Source: Chrysomallon squamiferum (Eukaryota; Animalia; Mollusca). Taken from it: DNA of 64,000 nt. Within the stretch, counting starts at the first letter, position 1. Every line of letters starts with the position of its first letter. Both the position numbers and the translations under genes were made by a program. Positions 15,110-27,704 of the stretch are shown piece by piece. Where the stretch lies: contig CM022666.1 in the NCBI GenBank assembly GCA_012295275.1, positions 9,486,001 to 9,550,000 on the forward strand, read 5' to 3'. The notes under the pieces are model-generated. The model worked only from the letters and a program-made list of their open reading frames with translations. It had not been told where the DNA came from and made no database searches.

Positions 15110-15585
15110 ATGGAGGAAAACAAATACAAAACCACAATGGCGGCGGAAACTTTGAAAAACTTGAAACAAATGTGTAAATACGACAAATCCCGACCTGACA
15201 GATCGCATTTAGCTATCGAATTTGTTACTGTAAGAATTATACAGTTATTTTTTGTACGTTCAATCTTTATGTATCATCTCAATGAGAGACTTTACTAATT
15301 AAATTATTGAACAGTTTTATATAGATTTCACTTACGAGAGTAAGTGACTATTCTACCGGTTTTGTAATTTTGTAAGTTAGAATTTGTGATTTACTTGGCT
15401 GAATTTCATTTGTCAAGTATATGTGAAAGGTTGATTATCATTAAAAATTTGAAATAATAGTGAAAACTATCACGATCTGAAGTTCCAGGTAATCAGTCAA
15501 ATCACCAGTGATCAGCCATTTCAACAGCCGAGAATTGAAGAAACGTTTATTTTTAGGGAATAGGATTAAAAGTAAATGTCTCGCC

Positions 15586-15633
<48 letters not shown>

Positions 15634-15914
15634 TCAACATTAATTGAAAATACTTATGTTTGGTGTTTATTAAAAGAGCCTTTCGTTTACAGTTATGATT
15701 TTTTTTTTATTGGTGTTTTATTGGACAACAAAAGGTCAATCGTGCTGTTTTCCAAACAAATTAATTATTTCAGTTTGTAACCGTAAAAGTGCTGACGAAA
15801 TATGATATATCTGTTTCAGAAGTAACATATGCTACATATGTACAATCTTTTGTAATGTTCGTTTGTTTGTTGGTGTTGGTGTCATTATTGTTGTTTTTAT
15901 TATTATTATTATTA

Positions 15915-15965
<51 letters not shown>

Positions 15966-18900
15966 TGCAGGTTATTGATATTAATCGCTATTTGACTGAT
16001 CCAGGATTCTGTCATCAAGTAATGGATGCAAATTTTGGTACTTCTGCCACTGATAGGGTAATGCTTGTACACACTGGTTACAAACAGCACAGTCTGATAG
16101 GGCAATGCTTGTACACACTGGTTACAAACAGCACAGTCTGATAGGGTAATGCTTGTACACACTGGTTACAAACAGCACAGTCTGATAGGGTAATGCTTGT
16201 ACACACTGGTTACAAACAGCACAGTACCTAAAAATTGAAATATCCCAACAAAAATTCTCTCAATAAAAAATTAAAAGTAACAGAGTAAAAATTTGTTTTT
16301 GTTTATTGTTTTATATTTTTTGTGTACACAAATTAGGTAGCTAATTTTTTGATTTGTTTATTTTCTTTGTGAACAGTGTGAAGATGTGTATGATTTAACT
16401 CTGGCTGATGGACACAACAAAATGAAAGTCTTACTCTCATCTTACCTCAACCATTTTGTCCAGCAAGCAAAGGCAGAGTATTGTTTTACTATTGTGTGTG
16501 TAATAGTGTTTATTTTGGTTTTTATTATTATTAATAGTGGTAGTGATAACTAGTAGTAGTAGTGTAGTAGTAGTTCTAGTAGTGATAGTGTTATTGTCAA
16601 TGCATTTATTACTACTATTAATAATAGTAGTTGCAGTAGTTGTTGTAATAGTAGTGATAGTTATTGTAGTAGTAGTAGAAGTTGTGTGTAGTGGCAGCAT
16701 TGAATAACATTAACATTGTTTGTGCATGTTTCACTGATGCAAATTGCATGAGTTGAAATGACATCTGTATTGTATGTAGTATGGTGTGGTGTGTGTGTGT
16801 GTATGCATATCAAATTACAGGGTTTAAACAACATGTTTGCTATATTGCAGCTGCTGGTTGGAAGTATTTTGGAGATAAATCGGAGTGTTGTTGTCTATGA
16901 CGAAGCTAATTTAAAAGATGATGGTGTTCTTGTGTTGTTGGACATTAACATTACAGGATTCAGTTTTGAAAATGTACAAGGTACGAATTAAAATCAGATA
17001 TATGTTTATTTTGTATATTTTATCATACTTGTGAAACTGTATGTTAATATATAATTATATGTCAAATTTATATTTATATTTTATTTTTCACACCTGTATT
17101 AATATATACAGTATACCCTCACCTATTCGCGGTTCCCCATTCGCGGCCTCGCATATTCGCGGGTTAGGCTCTTAACCCTATCGCATCGTATGCTGGTATA
17201 CCACGCTAGCGTCATAACGTCATAAAAACAAATGCTCGGTAAACCGGGTTTTTGTAGGTCATAGAGACTTAAGTGCCTGAAGACTAGGAATAATTACCTA
17301 AAGTGCTGTAAAGCAGCAGCTAAGCTGTGCCATACTGTACATTAGTGTTATCATCATCATCGTATGGCACTGCAAATTTCATCATCATTTTATTATCATT
17401 CATTATTGGTGACAGCACAAACAATATCAAATTTTTTCAATTATTATTGCAATACAGTACGTATTTTTTTATAAATGCATACACTGTATGTACAGTGCAT
17501 ATTTTTTGTGACCGTGTATTAATAATGTTTTTAATTGCATATTATTACTGAATTGTATTATTATTACCTGAACTGTGCATACTGTATTTATCTGTCTGTT
17601 TGCCTTTAAATTTGTTCCACTTTCTGTCAATTCTAATACATATGTTGTAATGATAGAAAATGACTTTACGGTACAGTAATACAGTATGGGTAACTATGCT
17701 ATGCGGTGTTACTGTCCTCCTGCACTTACGTTTCTTTCTGATTAAAATATTGTTTCAGTACAACATTAAAATGTGTTTACATTATCATTACTACATTAGT
17801 GAAATACATAACTGCATGCAATATTACTACATTATTACTGTATTAATGAGTAAGAGTGTCTTTAGAAAGTGTTTGGGAAGCATTTAGTACCGTATATAAT
17901 CTCATAATAGACGTTTTAAAACTGCATCCAATATTCGCGGTTTTTCGCTATTCGCGGGGGGGTAAAGAACGTAACCCCCGCGAATAGCGAGGGAATACTG
18001 TATTTCACATGTATTTTACACCTATGTTAAAATATATTAAATATTATAATTTACACCCAATTTAATATTTATTACATTTCAGAATATAAAAATCTTCCCT
18101 GGTATCCTGAACACTGCATTCTTCAGACGGAAAATCGACCTTTGACCTCTGGTCGTGCTTATTACCTGAATTTGTGGACTAGTGCTGATGTTGTATTACC
18201 ACACCCTACACCCACAGGTGATCAGTTATTAATAAAATAAATATCTGTTTAAACAAACAGTGCTTACTTGGAGCTGAAAGAAATGTTTTATTTAGCTCAG
18301 TTTATTTTAAGTCTACTTTATTTGTCATTACTTGCATTTACTAACCACACAGATGTGATTAGAAATCTACTTCCAACTCATAACAGTCTGCTGTTTTATA
18401 ATTAGCAGGAAATAATCTTTCATATCCACCTTTTCATGGGTAGCAGAACACAGACTGTGTTTTTTGACAAAATGCTAATGTAAACAGTATTATGTCACAG
18501 TTCACATGATTTTGTTTGTGATGGTTAACAAAACAAAATAAATTTTAAAAATCCTATATGTTCTCAGAGTGTAAAATATATGATTTAAATGATTTCTGTC
18601 ATTCATCATTTTCTCAAATAAATGAAATGAAAATATTCATATTTTCAATTATTTTTTTCTAAAAGTTTGAATCATTTCTAACCATTAAAAAAAAAAAAAA
18701 AATTTCAACAAATGGAATATGAATAATTGTGTTTCAAATGTCTTTTCTTAACTTTGAAAAAAATATACATTCATAATTATTTTGTTTCTGATAAATAAAA
18801 TGAAAAGGTTCATATTTTAAATTATCTATATATAAAAATAATTGTGTTTCAAATTATATTTTCATAACAATTAAAAATATATATATATATATGTTCATCA

Positions 18901-19612
18901 TTGCTTTCTGATGAATGAAATGAAAATAGTCATATTCAAGGATAAAAAGCAAAAAAATATTTTTTCATCATTTTACTCTGAGAAATGAAAATAATTGTGT
19001 TCCAAATAATCTATTCTAAAAGTTAAAATCGTTTCTTGTCATTGGTCAAATATAGAAATAAAAACTGTTTTAATGCAGAGAGGGAGAGTTTAGACAATGA
19101 TCAGTTAGGAGATGTGTTTACGATCAGGGAGATGGTTCAGAGGAAATTGATGTCAGAAACAAAACCAGCTGTGCTTGTCCGAGTGTTGAGAAAATCTCGA
19201 CTACTGCACTATGGAAAACCAGACAAAACTGACAAGTGGCCATTTCAGGTATTCTGTGAATGAATGGATGGATGAATCAATGAACAAATTAATGGATGGA
19301 TGAATGAACAAATGAATGAATGGGTGAATAATTGATTGAGAGACTAAATGAATAAATGCATGGATAAATCACTGAGAGTGTGAATGTATCAGAAAATGAC
19401 AATAATGAATGTATGTATGGGTGAATCTGAATGAAACGAACAAATAAATGAGTAATTGAGTATTTGTTTTGTAACAGCTAAAAGATTTTTCTGATTATTT
19501 ATTATGAATGAATACGTCAATGTTGATGATTCTTGACATATTCTGTACTTTAATTCATCACCTTAGAATGAAAAGTTATTTTAACCTAGTGGTGAAGAAG
19601 AGGTGTGTGTGA

Positions 19613-19661
<49 letters not shown>

Positions 19662-22600
19662 GTTCATGTGTATGTGCTGAGTGACTTTAAATTAAAATAC
19701 TTAAAACGTTTGTTTTCAGCATCAACTGCTGGTAGCCGACAGTTCGGGAATGTGTACTGTTGTTCTGTGGAACAGACTTGCAATACAGTTTCTTAATCAG
19801 TATGTCAGATTTATCTTTTTACTTTTCCCTTTTATGCATTAATTTATGTGGAGAGAGAGAGAGAGAGAGTGAGAGAATGAGTCTAGTAGCAGTTATTTGT
19901 AACAGTCTTCAAACAAAATCGCATTACATTTTTACATGTATAGATAAAAAGCTGGCAGTCCAGTTGGGTAAATTGTATGTAAGTGTGAATAAATTTATAT
20001 CTATTTTATAGTATGTATCTATCATTTCAGAATAGAGGAAGGAACAGTTTTATTTTTGAGGAAGTTTACAGTAAGGAAAAGTTTTGTTTTGAACTCAGCT
20101 TGGCATTTTGATGATAGCAGACTGAAAATGTTTGATATTGACATCAACTTGAACCCCCACCATCCTGAGTCTGAAGTGAGAATTATAAAATTAACTTCAG
20201 TTCCCAGACACACCTGTCTACCAGACATTACTTACAGTTTTACAGCACGAACTCTGCTAGGGTAAGTTTATACTTAAAAGTGTTTTCAGTGTGTCACTCA
20301 TAACAGTGATATCTTTAAAGGTGACTTTTCCCTTTTATGCATTAATTTATGTGGAGAGAGAGAGAGAGTGAGAGAATGAGTCTAGTAGCAGTTATTTCTA
20401 ACAGTCTTCAAACAAAATCGCATTACATTTTTACATGTATAGATAAAAAGCTGGCAGTCCAGTTGGGTAAATTATATGTAAGTGTGAATAAATTTATATC
20501 TATTTTATAGTATGTATCTAATAATAACATCCCTACAATTACAAGTTATAATATTGAGTCACTAACAAGGAAATATCCTTACAGATAACTTTTAAAAGTA
20601 TCCTTATTTACGACTATCAGTATGTCACCAACAGTAATACCCTTGCAAATGTCGATGTCACTAATAGCAATATCCTTACAATATCAGTGTGTCACTAAGA
20701 GTAAAATCCTTGCAACTCAGTATGTCACTAATAATAATATCATTGCGACTATCGGTATGTCACTAATAATAATATCCTTGCAGTTATCAGTATGTCACTA
20801 ATAATAATAATATCCTTGCAACTATCAGTATGTCACTAATAGTAAGACCCTTGCAGTTATCAGTATGTCACTAATAATAATAATATCCTTGCAACTATCA
20901 GTATGTCACTAATAGTAAGACCCTTGCAGTTATCAGTATGTCACTAATAATAATATCCTTGCAGTTATCAGTATGTCACTAATAGTAAGACCCTTGCAGT
21001 TATCAGTATGTCACTAATAATAATATCCTTGCAGTTATCAGTATGTCACTAATAGTAAGACCCTTGCAGTTATCAGTATGTCACTAATAATAATATCCTT
21101 GCAGTTATCAGTATGTCACTAATAATAATATCCTTGCAGTTATCAGTATGTCACTAATAATAATATCCTTGCAGTTATCAGTATGTCACTAATAATAATA
21201 TCCTTGCAGCTATCGGTATCTCACTAATAATAATATCCTTGCAACTATTGGTATGTCACTAATAGTAAGATTGAAACTATCAGTATGTCACTAATAATAA
21301 TATCCTTGCAACTATCAGTATGTCAGTAATAATAATATCCTTGCAACTATTGGTATGTCACTAATAGTAAGATCCTTGAAACTATCAGTATGTCACTAAT
21401 AATAATATCCTTGCAACTATCAGTATGTCAGTAATAATACCTTGCTACTATTGGTGTCACTAACAATAATATCCTTGCAGCTATCGGTATATCACTAATA
21501 ATAATATCCTTGCAACTATTGGTATGTCACTAACTAATAACATTGCAACTACCAGTATATCACTAACAGTAATATCCTTGCAACTAACAGTATGTCATTA
21601 ATAATAGTATTCTTATGAGTGATGATCTAAATGTCACTTTTAGTTACATCAAGTTATTTTTCTGTCAAAAATAAAATTAATATCCTTAATCTTCTTATTT
21701 TTTTTTTTTTTTATGTTATTTTATTTTTTTTTCATTTATGTTATTTTATTATTTTTTTTTTTTTTCAGTTCTCTACCTGATGGTTTTATCTGTGATGTCG
21801 CAGGTTTAGTAACATATGTAGGAAGTGTCCGACGTGAAATGATGAAGTGTGAGTAGTTTTGTTTATCAGTTTGTTATGACTCAAACAGTTGTTGAAGTGG
21901 TCACTGTGACTACAGAGGAAGTCAAAATCTTAACTGTTTTAACTATTTTGTATATCTACAGAAGAAATTAACATCTGGTTTCTGAAGACAGTTGGACAGC
22001 TCATATTAATTAAAATGTAAAGAAAGATAAAGTGATTTGTATGTTTGTGGATGTTTAATGTTACTATTATTGCAGGTAAGTTCTCAGACAGTGGTGGGTT
22101 CTGGTTGTGGAGGTGGGTTCACATACTTGACAACACCAGTAAACAGCCAACCATTGTTCAGATGTACAGAACAAACCAGGTTTGTTAAAGAAACTGTTTT
22201 CTTGGTAGATCCAGCTTTCTTAGTAGATATGGATTATGTACCTTTCAGATTATTTCAGATTCAGCTGTATGTTTACAAATACCTCTCTTTTCTTTTGTAT
22301 TTTCTTTTTATATTATTTTTGTAATCAAAAGAAAACACTACAGTCAACTAAAAGATTTTGTAGTCAAAAGAAAACACTACAGTCAACAAAAAGTAAACAG
22401 TATCATCATAATGAATTAAAACATAACATTTTTATTTAGTGATTTTCATTGCTACCATATCTGTTTGTGAGTGTTAAATTGATAAACTGCTCACACATGT
22501 TGTGTATTACAGAGTTTAGTTTTTGACAGTCTACAGCCAGGTCAGATGTTGTTGTGTAGACACATGAGACTGGTACACGACACTGACAAACTGAAAAATT

Positions 22601-24254
22601 CGAGACAGCAGCGTCATGTGTATGTGACAAGTACCTCAGTATCACAGGTACGCTCATTTTTGTCTGTAATTAACTTCCTTTTTACCTCTGATTAACTTCT
22701 TCTGTACCACTCTATTATAGTCTGCTGCTATTCACTAAGAACAGTCCATGGATTAATCAAACTGCTGCTATTCACTAAGAATAGTCTGAATTAGTCAAAC
22801 AGCTGCTGTTCATTAAGAATAGTATGTGGACTAGTCAAACTGCTGATATTAAGTAAGAACAGTCTGTGGACTAGTCAAACTGCTGCTGTTCACTAAGAAG
22901 AGTGAATTAGTCAAACTGCTGATATTAAGTAAGAACAGTCTGTGGACTAGTCAAACTGCTGCTGTTCACCACTGTCAACTAAGAACAGTCTGTGGACTAG
23001 TCAAACTGCTGTTCACTAAGAAGAGTGTGAATTAGTCAAAGTGGGTTTAATGATGTACTAACAACAAAAGCCATTTTCTTGACACTACTAATAACAGTTC
23101 TGTTGATGTTAAATAAAAATATTAGTTCACTAACAGTGGTAATTATGAATACTTTTTACTACTATTACTACTACTACTACTAATAATAATAACAATAATA
23201 ACAACAATGATAATTACAATAATAATAAGAAGATAACAACAACAACAACAATAAGAAGAATAACACTAAAAACAACAGCAATAACAACAATGATAATAAC
23301 AATAACAATAATATATTTGTTTATAGAATGCTGCAGGCACCACGGGTTGGTATTCAGCTCGGTATTTTAGAAATACTAATTGTGTTTTTGTTTCAGTACA
23401 ACACTTACTCTCGCACCAAAGTGAACAGACATCACAACTTCGAGAAGGAGCAGTTTGTTAAAAACATGAGATCATGGAGCAGAAAACTGAAGACAGATGC
23501 AGTCAAGTTCAGAATCAGAGGGTGTTACAGTTACCCACCCCTGCCAGTAGATAAAGAAGAAATCCTCAAGTTACCAATATCTGTAAGATATATACACAAC
23601 ATATCATGTATATGTATTATTAAATGTAAGATAAAATGTACATTTTTATATGATTAGATATAGTTTGTAATGTTATGTATGTAAGATGAATATTACATAT
23701 ATAAGATATACTGTATATGTTAAATATATTTTATATACTATATATCTTATATGTGTAAAATATAGAGAAGTATATTAAAGACTTGCGCTTAATGTCCAAG
23801 CAGAAAAGCCTAAATATATTTTATATAATCCCAAGTATTATGTAAGTACATAAAGTGTATTTATTTGGAGTACAGTAGAATGTTTGTTGTTTATAATTTT
23901 TATTTCAGATTACTCCGAGTGGAGACAGCTGGAGAGGTGTTGTCAAGGATCTCGTGTTCCGAGAACACAAAACTATTTTTATACATGCCAAACTAACTGC
24001 AGTTTGGAGTGACAGGTACTGAAATACGTAGACTGTCCCAAGTACTTTTCTGAACTGACAAGGAATGAAATAGAGAAAAAAAGTATTATCTTCTGAGGTT
24101 ACAGTTTGTGTCATTTTACCAGATTACCATCTGGGTATTTTTCTAAAATTTGGTGGCCAAATACAGAATACTTTATTCAGATCTTGTTATTTATCGTTGA
24201 AATCAGAAATTAAAAAAAAAAAATTATATTGTTTTTGCAAAATCTGAATAACTT

Positions 24255-24295
<41 letters not shown>

Positions 24296-25449
24296 TATTT
24301 TTTTTATTTTTTTTATTTTTTTTCTTTAGTGTTTTTTTTTTGCATATAGGGACCATTTCAATAAATTTGTACACTATATATATATATATGATTTATTTGT
24401 TAGAAAAACATTAAATAAACAATATATATATATATATTGTTTATTTAATGTTTTTCTAACAAATAAATCACCTTGAATGTTTATGCCTAGATTATTTCAA
24501 TCCAGCTGTATGTTTACAAATACCTTACTCTTTTCTTTTGTATTTTCTTTTTATATTCTTTTTTTTTTTTTTTTTTTTTGTTTTTTTAATATTTATATTT
24601 CCGTCTTTTTTTTTTTTTATAGAAGTAGTATTAGGACAGAAGTTGAGGGTTTTGACTTTGATTTGTCAGAAATAGTTGGTTTGGATTCAGTACATTCAAA
24701 TGAAGAAGAACTTTGGACAGAAGACTTTAATCCACACAAAGATGAAATGAAGAAAGATTTCCCTCCATTTCTTGAAAGAGACAAAAGTAAATAATTTTTA
24801 TTTTTATTTTTTTAATTATTTATTTGTTTTTCCTTTTTTTTTTTTATAAATTAACATTTTATTATATTATTTTTTATTTTAAGAGTCATGTTTTTTCTGT
24901 TTTTATTGTTTGTTTCAGTTTAGGGGTTTTTAAAAGAAAATTGTTTTTGTTGTTGTTTTTTCATTTTCATAAAAGATATTGGGGCTTTGGGTTGGGTTTT
25001 TTAAAAATAAAACATTTCATTTTGTCAAATAGGATTATTATTATTATTTTTTTTTACTTTAGTATTATTTTATTTCACTGATTGACATTTTGAATATAAG
25101 ACCTTAGAAACTGTAGTTAGAGTTTTTGCTTTCAGCTGTTACAGACACATGTGAAGACAGAGTCTGTGTGTACAGTTTATGGGCTGGTCTCAACTGTAAC
25201 ACTCTGCTTCAGTCAACAAAACCTCTGATGTGTCGAGAAGTTCCAAAAACACTCACATTTCTAGATCTAGTGTCAGGCAGCTTCGACAGCAGCTCGTTTG
25301 AGAGTTCAGTGATGTCAAAGCAGTCGCTTGTTAACTGTTTGACATCGTCAAAAGAGGTCTTAGGTCAGAGATTTCTGGTCACGGTTGATTTGTACAGAAC
25401 TTCTCCATCCAGTGTTGATGTCCTGTTAAAGAGAGCTTTTCTCTTGTGA
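15110..25449 (+). CDS. RADX: RADX (CXorf57)-like RPA-related OB-fold ssDNA-binding protein, 15 exons, ~712 aa
   Basis: Exons 15110-15229, 15971-16057, 16377-16472, 16851-16980, 18083-18217, 19079-19248, 19720-19799, 20031-20261, 21769-21848, 22076-22179, 22513-22647, 23397-23582, 23909-24015, 24623-24786, 25136-25449. All phases join into one 2139-nt ORF. Motifs colinear with vertebrate RADX as recalled: INRYLTD, YDLTLADG..KVLL..LN, RPLTSGRAYYLNLW, LVRVLRKSRLLHYGKPDK, VADSSG..TVVLWN, ICDVAGLVTYVG, FWLWRWVHILDNTSKQP, GCYSYPPLP, DLVFREHK. An alternative start is possible at 15137 (ATGGCGGCG). Confidence 0.93.
16052..16225. repeat. Tandem repeat, 44 bp x ~4, starting in RADX exon 2 and including its splice donor
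   Basis: The unit gatagggtaatgcttgtacacactggttacaaacagcacagtct is repeated near-perfectly. Confidence 0.95.
17109..18000. mobile_element. Non-autonomous Tc1/mariner-superfamily (pogo/Tigger-type) MITE in RADX intron 4
   Basis: TA flanks at 17107-17108 and 18001-18002. Terminal inverted repeats CAGTATACCCTCACCTATTCGCGG...CCGCGAATAGCGAGGGAATACTG, with subterminal ATTCGCGG repeats at both ends. Confidence 0.9.
18277..18470 (-). mobile_element. Highly degenerate Meta/MESC-type SINE remnant
   Basis: gaaagaaatgttttattta...accacacagat...attagcaggaaataatctttcatatccacc resembles the reverse complement of the molluscan SINE body and tail (…ATATAAAAGATCCCTTGCTGCTAAT…). The consensus was recalled, not searched. 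Confidence 0.5.
19821..20520. repeat. ~200 bp near-identical direct repeat (19821-20021 and 20324-20520) flanking RADX exon 8
   Basis: Both copies read acttttcccttttatgcattaatttatgtggagag...tctattttatagtatgtatcta, with only a few differences. Confidence 0.95.
20560..21615. repeat. Minisatellite, ~35 bp unit (cagtatgtcactaataataatatccttgcagttat)
   Basis: About 30 copies in RADX intron 8, with alternating unit variants. Confidence 0.95.
22720..23040. repeat. Minisatellite, ~40 bp unit (ctgctgctgttcactaagaacagtctgtggactagtcaaa)
   Basis: Tandem copies in RADX intron 11. Confidence 0.9.
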
Positions 25450-27704
25450 ATACAGTCTGTGGGTCAGCATGTGTATGTAAGTGTTTTTAGTATATATGTG
25501 TATCCACGACCATGAAGACAGGATAACTGAATTATTCTTGACAACCACTGCACCTCAAGCTTGCACCTTTTTGTTTTATTTTTTTCTTAAATGTTTTTTT
25601 TTTTAATTTTTATTTTAATTTTTTTCATGTTTTGTTGTTGTGTTTTTTGTTTTTTGTTTTTGTAATGAACTACAAATAGTTAATTTGAACAATTAAAAAA
25701 TATGTTGTACTAAACAGAAAACTTTTTATTTTGTTTTTTTAGTATTTATCTTCTATCTATCTATGTGTCTGTCTTTCTGTCTATCTGTCTATCTATGTCT
25801 CTCTTTCTGTCTAACTATCTATCTGTCGGTCTGTTGGTCTGTTTCTCCCTTTTTGTTTGTCTTTCTATATTTCTGTTTATTTATTTATTTATTTATTTTT
25901 ATTCCTTCATATGTGACCTTGAATTTGATAAACAAAATTTTCTTCAAGAATTTATCTTATCTTTTTGCTTATTTATTTGTTTAAATTATCTAATACCTTC
26001 GTAGAATTACTTTCATTTTCCATTTTGACATGATTCCCCACCTCTGATATATCTGCAAATGGTTTACAACATTGTGAAGGAAAAAAAAAAAAAAATGTAT
26101 ACTGACATTCACAGTTAATGAAAATTCATCTGTGGATGGTTTTTGTGTTTGTGACTGGTATTTTCTTTGTGGATGAGTTTTGTAAAATAAAGTCTTACTG
26201 TTACCTTGAAGTGGTGTTGTTACTAACATGTGTTAGTCACAATTGTTAAAGATAAATATTAACTCTAACTTGAATGGAATAATCATTAAAAGTTTAACCT
26301 TTAACATTTTAAGAATCTTATGTGTTTGCTTAATCTGTTGTCAGTGTAGATTCCTAAGCTGCCAGTTTTTTATATGATGTTGGCTCCCACTGTTCCACAG
26401 TAGTTAGAAAAATATTTTTTTCAGTGTATATCAGCCAGGATCCAAACATATGTTTTAGAAATTGTTGCTGGTTAAAATTAACAACACCAATAAGTAGAAA
26501 GATAAATGTAACAAGTAAGTAAAGTCATAAATAATTCTAAAATAAATAAACAAGGAATAACTTTCATGTTTTATTCAGACAGACTGGAATGGTCAGATTG
26601 GTATACTAGATGAGAAAAGATAAGGCACTCAGTGTCCATTGTTGTTTTTTTGTGGTTTTTGTTTGTTTTGTTTTTTTTGGTTTTTCATTGTAGCAGATTT
26701 ATTTATTTTTTTTTTTTTTTGTTCGCTGATATAAAAGAGAGTTTTACCGTGCAGATAAAATAAATTAATTTTCATTAAAGTTTTGAGGTAACGAGGACAA
26801 CAAAAGATTTTTTCCAACGTGTCTGCTGCTGTTTCTTTTCTTCTTTTTATTATTATTATTATTTTTTGTTTTTCTTTTTTAAATTCACGGCAGTATTTAG
26901 TAACAGAACGTGTTAGCAATCATGAAACTGAAAGCAGCTGTTTTGAAGAGGAAGAAAAAAAAAAAACTAGTAAATAATTGCATTACCACGAACTGCTCGA
27001 ACTTGTAGTCTATCATTTGTTTTAACTGTTTTCTTTTTCTTTTTTCATTCATTTTTTTTTTTTTTCACCGAGTGAATATCGAATTAATCATTAAGAACTG
27101 GTTAAATTTTCTGGATCGTTTACAAGAAAATACTTACAGCTGTCGTTGTTGTAGGTGTTTCTGTCATTATCATTGTCTAGTTTTTACTGATGATATATCG
27201 TTGGTGGTTGTTTTAACTTACAGTGTCACTGGTACTGTTTTCATCAATTAAATATATATTTTTTGTTGATAATGTCGCTGATGTATTTCGTTTTAACTGA
27301 TGATGCAGATGATGTTCCTTTGTGGTGTAGCTGGAATGAATACCGGTGGTGCAGAGTTGTAGTCAAGAATGCTGTAGTTTTTGTTTTCATCGTCAGTTTT
27401 GGATTTTATTGTGAGACTCCTACAATGGTGTGATTGCCGTTGTTGTCAAATCATATTTTAAAATGTTTCATTATTTACAATGCTGTTCTGTTTGTTATCA
27501 AATCAGTAGTTAGTCTGTGGTTGTAGTTGTATCGTCCGAGTACAATATGTGGATGTAGTCGTTGTTACAGTATGTTTTAAGCGCTGTGGTTGTCGTTATT
27601 GTTACATCAAATTAAATAATTCTAACGACGTTGTTACATTATATTTTAAATTTTGTTGTTGTCCAATCGGATTTTAAACTGATGCTGTAGTTGATGATGT
27701 TCAA

